Of a DNA stretch of 64,000 nucleotides, positions 14,971 to 25,804 are shown in pieces (position 1 is the first letter of the stretch; each line of letters opens with the position of its first letter). Made by a program: the position numbers and the translations under genes. The notes beneath the pieces are model-generated. The model had not been told where the DNA came from. It did not search any database and was given only the letters and a program-made list of their open reading frames with translations. The stretch comes from Dimorphilus gyrociliatus (taxonomy: Eukaryota; Animalia; Annelida), in assembly GCA_904063045.1 (NCBI GenBank), contig CAJFCJ010000013.1, positions 294,623-358,622 on the forward strand, given 5' to 3'.

Positions 14971-17297
14971 ATGGCTGCCGAAGAAATTAAGATACTATTC
15001 GAAGCATTAGGTGAGATAGAACAATAAAGCTTTATTAGTTCTATTGTTCAATTGTAGTAGAAACAATTTTAAATTGATCTTTAACTAACTATACGTTAAT
15101 TAACCGAGTTAAAAAGTTAGTTTAATAGAGTGCCGCGTGTTCATAAAAAACGAAAAACACCATTAAAAAATAACTGATACGAAAGTTATTTTTGTGTTTT
15201 TTTTATATATTTTTATTTTACGACTACCGATACACTTTGCCTCAGACGCCAACGGAGGAGAGATACTGGAACAGTTCAACTCTTTCGAACGGTCAGAATC
15301 GGATAAATTATCTGAAAGAAGCATTATAAGTAATAATAGTAATCAAAATATTGCGAATACCTCTGATCTAATGGATAATTCTATCAAGTAATTCAAATAT
15401 TTAATAGTATAATAATGTTTAAATGACATCAATTAACAATTATTTTTTTATTGTAAAATCTAGCATGGAAAATTTTGAGGATATTCAACTTCAAACGGTA
15501 ATAAATAATAGTAAAAAAGCATTATAAACCTTTTTATATTCTTTTCCTCTCTTTTTCCTTCTTCCCTTCCCCCTTCCCTTTCTCTCTCATTTTCTTTTTT
15601 AATTTACGTTCTCTGCTAATCTAAACATAAATTTGCAAAACAAAACAAAACAAAAGATAGATGAAAGTGAAAATATTAAAGAGTGGAGGCGAACCGCCCT
15701 CAATGATGTTGAATTTTTGGAGAGGGACAAATTCGAAGAATTAGCCAATAATCTAAAGGCTAATCCGGTAAGGAGGTCAAAAGTTTAAAAATTGAACTAA
15801 TTATATTATATTTTGTTGTTTATTTATTTAATTATTGCAGACAGTTGTTGATTCCGCAATGGCAATGGAAGATGTCGAAACGGAAAGCGAAGTGGAAAAA
15901 AATCTAAGGAAAAAGTTGACTGAATACCGGAAGCAATTTATGATGGAGAAGAAATTCTTCGATATATCTTTACAGGAGCGTCAACTGGCTTTTGTCCTCT
16001 CTTCGACGGATATCCAGCGGATATTGGGCATAGCTACAGAGGAGCAGCAAATAGCTATCGAAAGTAACTCATTAGAATAATTAATTATATAATTTAGATT
16101 TTGCCAATGTAACCATTATATGTTTTTAAAAAAAAAGGAGCTCAAAATGAGGATAATCACCGGAAAGACGCCATAGTTCAACTACAAAAAATTCAGGAGG
16201 AAAGAGCGGAAATAGAGAGGAAACGAGAAAAGAATATATTGGATTATTCCATTGTGGAATGTGAAGAATGTAAAAAGTTAAAAGATGAAATAGATTGCTT
16301 AAATCGAACGTCGACGAAAAGTTCTGGTCACATAAAGACTCTTTTACGTCTCTTGGATCTAGAGATGAAAGCGAGCCTCAACTTAAAAACTTATACTAAG
16401 AAATTAGAAATGGTTCTTGGTAAGAAGGCGGAAGATTATAGACGGGTTGTTGATAATTTAAAGTTTGGGCTAAAATGTCAAGAAAACGAGTTTAAGTTGT
16501 TTAAAGAGTCTTATAAGGCCAAGATAAAGCAACTTTTTGGCATTTTGTCAAAACTTGAAGATGAAAGAAAACAAACTATAACCGAGTCCATACGGATAAG
16601 AAAGGAAAATGAGTCAATTATAAAAAGACGAGATCTTCATTTAGCAGACTTGAATACAGGTCTATCGAATTTTCCTAGTACTATTCCAGAGTATAGACTA
16701 TGCGTTGCAGGACTGCGCGACGAAGTGGTCAAATCCAGGACGGCGAGAGATCATATCGAGGAGCAGTTAACCTCTAAGCTGCTTGAGATTAAGCAGCAAA
16801 TCCATGAAGAGCAGTTGGAGAGGAGTAGAGTTGAGGAAGATATCAGATTAGAGCTTTTGAAGACTCAAAAAGAATTGGAAAATACCTACGAGTCGAAAAA
16901 GCAAATTGAAGGGGAACTACACCAGCTGAAACATCGAATTTTAGTTTTGCAAGATGATTTGAATAATAGCGAATGTGTTCAAAGAGATTTTGTGAAATTA
17001 TCTCAGTCTTTGCAAATACAACTAGAAAAGGAAAGATCGAAGACGCCAGGCGATGAAAAATGGCAAAGGATTAAAGAAGAAAATGGAAGATGCAACGAAT
17101 GCGGCGTCTCTTTTACCCCACCACCGAAAAAGGCTCTTTGCGAGCATTGCCGTCTGCATTTTTGTCCCGACTGCCTACCGCATTCAATAGTCGTTGGCCC
17201 ATTCCGCAGGGAGGAGGGAATATGCCGACCCTGTTTTTCGCTGTTACCTTCTACATCCGTTAAATCTAATAAGCATCGTTCTTCTAATTTAAAATAA
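14971..17297 (+). CDS. RABEP1: Rabaptin-like Rab5 effector (coiled coil, Rab5-binding helix, C-terminal FYVE-like domain)
   Basis: VQRDFVKLSQSLQIQLE is the rabaptin Rab5-binding signature; an 8-Cys FYVE-like domain ends the protein. First exon 14971-15010 (MAAEEIKILFEAL), then small in-frame exons starting near 15246, 15464, 15657 and 15841, and a last exon from about 16138 to 17297. Confidence 0.85.
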
Positions 17298-18760
17298 TAT
17301 TCTTTTTATTTTCCATTCACTCTTTGTACAATGCTTACTTAAAAAAGGAAGAAAATCCTTAAGAAAAAGTCATAGTGTACGCGCCACCTTCCGGTTTTTG
17401 ATTTAGAACTTGGCGGATAAAAGAGTTAATCAACGACCAAAGTTTATTCTAACTAACACGTACATAGAGAGAATGTTTGAAAAGAATACATAATATTATT
17501 TTGTCATAAATAGTCATTTATAGAACCGTAAATAGAACGCACACACACACATATATATTTATATTTATATATATATATATATGCATACATACATACATTG
17601 TATAATTAATGGGGAAAACTGGGGGAGAGAGAGAGAGATGGAGAGAAAGAAAGAGAAAGGGAGAGGGGAGAGGGAGAAAAAGAGAAAGAGAAAAAAAGAT
17701 AATTTAAATATAGTTGATGTAAGCATGAAAAAGACATTTTTTTTTCATTTCTTTTCGTTTTTTTCTGGCTAAAACTTTTACCAAAAAAAAACCTTTTTTT
17801 TTGCCAACAAAACGTTACGATAGAAAATATACACAACAATTAGAAACATCTATAGATATTTATATCCACAATCAAGGTCAGTTTTAGTTTGTTAAATTAA
17901 GCATCACTCCAAAAACACTGATAGGATTAAGATTATTATTTACTTGTTGTTCGTTATTAATTTACTTTATCTTTTCAGCCATAAACAAGAACAATACTCA
18001 ATTAACGGCGTTACCAATATATATATATATATATATACTTTTATGTAGAACATAATCAATCTATTGGCAGAAGTGATGCTTTCTTTATTTAAAAAACTAG
18101 AGACGACCTCGATAGAATACAGTACATTGGCAATTAAAAATCTATACACCTCAGTGCAGATATCCGTAGCCAATTTATGTTTTCTTTGTAATTTACTTAT
18201 CGCGTTACACTGTATAATTTGAGCCAAACTTATAACTTTTCATAATCAGTTATAATCTACCTAGATCAACCTGATTTCGTTTGGCTCAACAGTATTATCA
18301 TCAACGTAATCACCACCAACATCGTTATCGTTATCGACATCATAGACATAACCATAATCGCTATCAAAATCATCATCGTAGTCGTCATCGTCATCGTCAT
18401 CATCATAATCATCATAGTCATTGTAATATCTCCCTCTATCATCGAGTAACAGATAAATTTATCTGTTAAAAGTCACCAACTTCGTTTAAATCATTGTTAC
18501 ATTCTAATCGCCTCCGAAGGAGGGGAAGGGAAGATAAAATTCAAACGAATTTAAGGCGTACATCGACTCTTTTAACAAACAAACAATAACGTATAATCCA
18601 AGTAAATGTTTAAAAGATTAACAGCTATTGTTCTTGCTGTTTGTTCGAAAAGATTTCTCACAATTCGAGAAACAAAGCATCATTTACTCGATAGAGAAAA
18701 ATTTTGTAAAATTGATTATACAGTATAAGAAAGTGATACAATGCAAAAGTTAACTATAGC

Positions 18761-18930
18761 TAAATAGTTAGATAGATAGATTGATAAATAGATAAATACA
18801 TAAGACAGAGAATTAGATAAATAGATAGATAGATAGATATATGGATAGATAAATAGATGGCTTATATAACAATACATTAATACATAGATAAAATAGATAG
18901 ATAGATAAACAGTTAGATAAATGCAAAATG
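18761..18930 (+). repeat. Degenerate (GATA/ATAG)n tetranucleotide microsatellite
   Basis: Repeated tagatagata/gatagataaa units; explains the spurious ORFs at 18716-18998. Confidence 0.85.
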
Positions 18931-21045
18931 GATAAATAGGAAAAAATATTTTCTCGCTCTGTAACAAATAAGAGAAAAGAAAAACAATAAAAGTACATTT
19001 ATAAAGAGTTTACAATTCGATAAGAATGGTATGAATGGTCTTAATTTTTACAGCAGACAATTTCAAAACATTTCAATACAATAGATATAATAAATACGAA
19101 TAATAATCGGCTAATTACATTTGTACCAGCAAAATCGTGAACTCTCAATTACTTCTTTTTTTTTTTTTTTTTTAAATTTTACAAACTTTGACAAACAAAT
19201 CTAATACTACAAATAGGGTTAGTAGATAATATATATATATATATTTATGTATATATGCATATATACGTGTATAAGAATTCTGTACATTACAAATTATACC
19301 TGCGCTTATGTAACCAGTAAACCTTTTAACGTAAACATGTACTTTAAAACTTTTACAATGACAAACATACATTGGACAAACATTTTTTTATGCAATTCTT
19401 ATATAATTACTAAAAAGGACTAAATAAATTTTATATAAAGGTGTGTAGATAAGGAGACGACGAACGAGGGCGAAGAAGAGGACGAATGAAGAAGATGAAG
19501 AAGGTTAAGAAGATAAAAGAACGGAAAAATATATAATAGAAGTGAGAGCATATACGGTTTTAAATATATAAATATGCCTATTTACCTTAAATCCCTTTGC
19601 TAAGACAATCAAAAATATGTACAAAATTGGTTTTTTCCTGTTCGCTGTAAACATTTGCTTGTGTTATTTGTTGTTACTTCTTTATTTTCCATTTCCTGCT
19701 TGATCATTTTATGCTTAATCTGCTCTCCTGCAAATTTTCTGAGTGATAGTTTTAGAGAAAGTACTGCAAGATTGTAAGATTGTTGTAGGTCTTGCCGCGT
19801 CGCCCAGCAGCCCTAAGGCCAACTGGTATCGAGAGCTGAAAGAATCGAGTTTTTATTTGTTTCTCAACAAAGAGATTAACATATGAATTATGATTGGCTA
19901 AATAACCTCTAAAAATAGGCGTAGAACCGCCTTTATTTTTCCAAGCATCAAAGTTTTGCAAAATTTTCCGCTTTTCTCACTTTAATTAAGAAAGATGCGA
20001 TTTTCCGCTTTTTTCATTTAATCAAAAAATACCGTTATTCCCAAATTAGTAGACTTTTCGATCAACATTTTTAAAAATATAGCATTATTCAATATTTCAA
20101 ATTGATGGAAGAAAAAGGGGAAAAACCAATAGGACGGGAATAGCGATAGATTAGAGATGAAGAGGAAGTTAAGAGAATATATTAAGTGTACTATATATAT
20201 ATATATATATATTTATAGCCACTTTATATGTAACGTATGCTAATATTTTACTTGTGTTATATCTCTTCTTCTCCTCTCTCTCTCTCTCTCTCTCTCGATC
20301 TCTCCTCCTTCACTCTCCTCTTAATGTCTTCTATATCTGTTCAATTTAACACTAACAACAACTTCAAGACAAAACTTTTCTTTACGAGTTGGGTAACTTT
20401 TTTCAACGTTACCCAAGTCTAGTTTAAACACCTTTAAATTAGTTTTTTTAGTCTTTTTTTAGCCGTTAATGCCAAGCAATGACGCTTTGTTTTCTTCGTT
20501 TATCGCAAATCCTAACATCTTATCAGATCAGGACGAAAACTAAACTTTCTTTTTACAATAGAGTTTATAAAAAAAGAGTTTTGTTTGTCAAAGACCAAAA
20601 TAATCATTCCAGCTAACAAAAAGACCTTTAGAACCAATAAATCTTCTGTTTTTCTCCTTTTCTGCCTTTAAAAACAGTTATAAGCAAAAAAAAGTTTGCA
20701 TAAATTTTATTTTTTTTTTAAAAATAACCACCGTAAGCAGTCCTATAAATACCATCTTACTAAGATGTTTCTTTGAAGCTATAGGCTCAAAAATATGGAT
20801 ATTTTTGATAATAATAATAAAAAAGACTATATACGACATACAGCGTATACTTAACTAAGTAAATAAGCAGCATAAACTCTGTATTAGACGTGTTTTTGGT
20901 ACTATATCGTTGACATCTTTAAGATCGTAAAAGGTCATAGTGTTTTTGTGTTACTAAATTGAGTTGAGTGATCTTTTTATTAATTGTTTTTGTGTTTAGA
21001 TATTTAAAAATGATGGATTTATTTACAATATAAAGAGGATAGACA

Positions 21046-21050
<5 letters not shown>

Positions 21051-21078
<28 letters not shown>
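21051..21078 (+). repeat. (AG)n microsatellite
   Basis: Perfect AG run seen directly. Confidence 0.95.
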
Positions 21079-21082
<4 letters not shown>

Positions 21083-21174
21083 AATATCGCTTAAAATATT
21101 TTTCCTGCTCAATTTCGCGCAGTTGGTCATTTTTCTCTCGTAAAATAAATCATCTTTTCCATTCTATGAGTATA

Positions 21175-21216
<42 letters not shown>

Positions 21217-21999
21217 AACTATATACATATATATATTAGTATATAAAGCTCTTTTGTCTCTAGTTACATCTAATTAATTCTTGATGAGAGATTATCAAAA
21301 CTTAATTAATTAATTAGAAAAAGGAAAATAAAGAGAAGGAAAATTGTTAATAATTAAGCTTCTTCGTATTTCTTCCTTTCTTTTTTTTTTTTTAATTTAC
21401 CACTTTATTACTTTTAATAGTTTTTTTTTTTAAATCTCTATTCTAATCATAAACTATCCGTTTAGTTTATCTATTATCTGTTTAGGCCTATATTACAATG
21501 ATAGATAATTAAATTATTTATTATATTGAATTATTTAACTCATTTTAGTTAAAATGTTAAATTAGGCGTATATAGCAAAGTGTTCTCGTTGATGGAGTAT
21601 AAGTTTTTTTTATACATGTATTGTAAAAACGTTATATTCTTATCTTTTATCGGAATATATAATATTTGCACTATCGGAACGATAATAGTTTGAATAATAC
21701 TATACGTTTTCTTGGAACAGCCAATTTATACCTATGTATATGTGTATGTATGTATGATTGAATGAATGTACCATATATAAAAATTATCATTGTAGGCCTA
21801 TAGTTTCAATGTAAATTACAAGTTTTTTTTTTGTTATTTAGAGCTAAGCAAACTGATAATTTGTGTAATAGGGAAGTGATGGAAAGCTTCAAGGACTGGT
21901 AACCCTTTTAATGTACCTGAATAATATCCATTGCACCTTTAGGCGATTTCTAACACTATCCATATACTTGTATATTGAGAAACGATTAAGATGAAAAAC

Positions 22000-22220
22000 T
22001 ATCGTATCCATTACTGCTTCAACTCATCCCTTTATAGTCCGCTAAATCGGAATTTTAATAATGGTGCTACTCGATTTTCTTACTCCTTTGATTGACTTTC
22101 TCAATCAACCCTATATCATATTTATAATGAATATACGAATTCATCTATCGAAGTACCAAGTTAATTCTCCTCCACTTTATTATCTCTCTTTTATCTTAAA
22201 TCTTCAAATTGAGGAACAAC
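22000..22220 (-). pseudogene. Possible heavily decayed Ty3/gypsy Gag fragment
   Basis: One minus frame reads FEDLR*KRDNKVEEN*LGTSIDEFVYSL*I*YRVD*ESQSKE*ENRVAPLLKFRFSGL*RDELKQ, resembling the Gag Q..GES.DEF...L ... RF..GL motifs, but with many stops. Confidence 0.3.
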
Positions 22221-23544
22221 TAGTGTACATCAATTATTCCTAATGACTAAAGTTTTCTTTTCTAATAAAATACTACAGATAAAGGAATAATCTTTATCCA
22301 AATATCCTTAAATATATGAATATCCAAGGTAAATGTTTCAATTTTAATGATCATGAGATGCTCATTGACGAAACAAACTCTCAAAGCCACAATAATTAAA
22401 GTGAAGGGTAGAAAAAACTTAATACCTATTCTTTATCCTTAGCCTGTTCTATTTTTATAGATTATTAAAATTAATGTTAAGATAGCCTATCCTATTCTCT
22501 CTTTCTTTAAATATTCTTGTTATCCTCCGAAAAAATACACTCAATTTATATTAACTAGGTAAATTAGCTTTAGCTAATCTTTTTATATAAATGAAAAATC
22601 CCTTATTCATCTTTGGAAATCTTACCTTTGATAAGTGTTCTATATTCAGGTTAAACTTTTCTTTTCTCGTAAAAACATTATATATACTGTACTATGCACG
22701 TATACAGTATATACAATATAACCTTATACATGAATGCTTGTATACTATTTACAGTATACTGCGTATAGTGTAAGCATTAATATGCTTAAATCATCTAACG
22801 TAAGATGTTTCGTAAGAATGGAGTAACATTTAAGAAAATCAGGTCAGATGGATAGGATAAAAAATTTACTATTGTTCGAAAAAAAAAGCATTGAAGAGAG
22901 GGGAGATATATATGTATATTTTTAGTAGTTTATTTAAATATTAAAATAGAGAGAAAGTATCAAGAGAAAGATAGAGAGAAGAATAAATGGAGGAGGAAAC
23001 ATGCATAAATGTAGCTTTTTGTATTTTAGTCCTCTATATGTCCTTTCTCTTTTCTCCTTTCGTCTGTGTCTTGTTGTGTACTTCTTATCTCCTCCAGCCT
23101 CGCTCTCCTTCCCTTCTCTCTCTCTCTATCGCCAACTAAATCCGGAAAAGAGGTTATAGGAATAGGCGCGATTTGCAAAAACTTTGGTTCTAACGTTACA
23201 TCTTAGTTATTTTTTTAAACATGGTCTATTGTTTTTTTGAAGCGGATATAATCAGAGAAGAAGGTTAGACACTTTTTAAAAGAGGCTAATGTACCATTAT
23301 GTTATATATATACAACAATGCTGATAAGTTAAATATTTGAAATATCTGGTTAAGTCTGTTACATAATAGAAACATAGAAATGCAAAATGAGAGACAGAAA
23401 GTGAGAGATAGGCTGAGAGAGAGAGAGAGAGAGAGAAGGATAAAAGTTAAAAAAAGTCTTATCGAGATACGCTTATGAGCAACAAAAATTATTATCAAAT
23501 ATATTTAGAAATAAATTTGTTTATTATTCAAGACAATTGGAGAA

Positions 23545-23600
23545 GAGGAGGAAGAAGAAGAAGAAAAGAAGAAGAAGAAGAAGAAGAAGAAGAAGAAGAA
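23545..23600 (+). repeat. (GAA)n/(GAG)n trinucleotide microsatellite
   Basis: Seen directly. A similar run lies at about 51507-51556. Confidence 0.9.
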
Positions 23601-23698
23601 TAGACAGTAGGGAGAATATGAAGAAATGAAGGAGGATGAGGAAGAGGAAACAAAGAAGAATTCGAGAAAGAACTCTACAGTTTTAATTTTTCTCCTTC

Positions 23699-24744
23699 TC
23701 AAGAAGACTTCGGCGATGATCTCTTCCCTTCTTCTTTTTCGGTTTTAGTTTTTTCGGTGTTTCCTGTTGGTGTAGTTGTAGGTTTTTCATTAGTATTAAG
23801 TTTAATTTTTGCAGAATTGGCCAACATTGGAAATTCGACCTCTAAGGGTAACTGATCGTCCGAATTTTTTGCCCTCCTATTGTCGGAAGTTAGCCTAAGG
23901 TGATGCTCTTGACACACACGGGGGCATGCGAACGACGGATTTGTTGCGATTGTTGGCACTCTCGTTCCTTGAAAACCTCTTAAATCTGACGTTTCGAAGC
24001 GGCTAATATTTCCTTGTCCAGGGGAAATTATTCTTAAGCTTTCTGCACAGTTAACGCTCGGGAAGCTATGTCCATTAGAATATGGATTAAATCTTCCCTA
24101 ATTGGGTTAAATGGAAAATTTGATATATTATATTATTACTTAAAAAAATGTACGATTTAGCAATAATTAAAAACCTGTCGAGATCTTATAGAACTCAATC
24201 TGGTTGAATTCTCGGCCTTTCTCCTGGTTGAATCCTCTCTGTTCCTCTGAATTTCATATTCGAAATGCTTTGCATCTTGCAAGATTTCATTCAGACTCCT
24301 GGCACCTTTTGCTTCCGCTCTTAAGGAAATTGCTTGATTATTCAATCCAGTAATAAAACGATCTCGTGTCATCGCTTCCGGATCCGAGAATCCTGCACTT
24401 ATTGCAATATCATATAAAGCCTTACAAAAATCGTCTAGCGATTCTCCTTCCCTTTGAACCCTGGAGAAGAATCTCAATCGATTTTTAAACATTTTATTAC
24501 CGGTCTCAAAAAATTCGTCAAATTTCTTTATAATCTCTTCTATCGTCCTGTCCTCTCCGCCAATTGCCGAAATCAGACTTTCGGCCTCTTGACCCATAGA
24601 ATAGATCAATGTAGAAACTTGAACTTTGGAATTTTCTTCATTCAATTTAGACGCTATGGAGTAACGTAGAAAACGCTGCCTCCAAATTGGCCAGAGATGG
24701 GGAGAAGCAAAATTAAACGGTGGAGGAGGATCTAGTCGAGACAT
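23699..24744 (-). CDS. Spliced Ty3/gypsy Gag (capsid)-derived protein, about 322 aa; putative domesticated Gag
   Basis: Exon 1 (24744-24175, 190 codons) has PPPFNFASPHLWPIWRQRFLRYSIAS, QVSTLIYSMGQEAE, FFSRVQREGESLDDFCKALY and MTRDRFITGL, typical of gypsy Gag. A 77-nt GT-AG intron (24174-24098) joins it in phase 0 to open exon 2 (24097-23699). No pol ORF or LTR nearby. Confidence 0.85.
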
Positions 24745-25804
24745 CCTCTTTTTTTATTGTACTTTATTCTTGCCGTGCACCTTTACAGTTTCGAATATCG
24801 TTTATGATTAACTGCCTCTACATAATTTAGGCCCAAAGTGGAAAAGTGCAAATTCCTTTAATTAAAGACTGAGATATCTCATTACCATAAAAAAATGTAG
24901 AAAGATCTTTCTTGCACAAAAGAAAAAACACGAAAATTACAATAATCTCTAAACTTTTGCTTTTTTTCCGCTAAGACGTGTTGTCCCTGTTGTGCAGTTC
25001 GAATTTGTGATTGAAAAAAAATACTCCAAGCAAACTTTAAAAAAAAAACTGGCATTGTATTAAATTTAAGAAAAAAAGGTAAAATTCTCTTCAGCGATTA
25101 TCCGAGAGAAGATCCGTATGGTATAATTAGTAGATGTTGTCTAATACAAGTCATAAAGTGCACTCTTCCCCTCAATCGAATTAAGTTTTTCTCTTCTACC
25201 TTTAGTTCTCCCATTGTTTATGTAAAACGTTGAGACTTCTTTTTTATATTAATTATTCTTGTTTTATTTATTAAATCATTCTATCGTTACTCGCCTTTTG
25301 TCGTTCGTAGCATAGGTAGCGCTGCTAACCAGATAATGTGTAGTGCCAAAATTTATTCATATTTCATTTTTTATGTCTATATTAGAGATAGCTAGCAGAA
25401 AACTTAAATTTTATAAAAAGAAAACATACATCAAAGTGTCTATGTAGACATCATTTTCTTTTTAAAAGCATAAATGTCATCTTTTTTGTCAAAAAAACAA
25501 ACATCAATAGAAACAAATTAACAATTAAAATACGAATTATGGATGATCTTTAACGATAACAAGTATATAACAAACCTAATTTTCTTTATCAACCATTATA
25601 ATTAATTTGAGATTACCTTGTAAAAGTACCAGCTGATAATCGCATGATAAATGAGAAAGTACTTGAAAAGAGTTCATTACTCTCAAATTTGCGCTGCTCG
25701 CATATGTTAGATATACCCAAATTGAAACCTTGACATTTTTGTAGAAGATAACATACAGGTTTATGGTGCCTCTGTGAGCGAATTAATCAGTTGAACCAGT
25801 CAAA

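Noticed and set aside
17581-19372. Several ORFs from the ORF track (17581, 17606, 18281, 18716, 18813, 19172)
   Set aside because: They are translations of GA, CAT, GATA and TA microsatellites.
20389-20416. 9-bp inverted repeat TTGGGTAAC/GTTACCCAA
   Set aside because: Short enough to be expected by chance in 64 kb.
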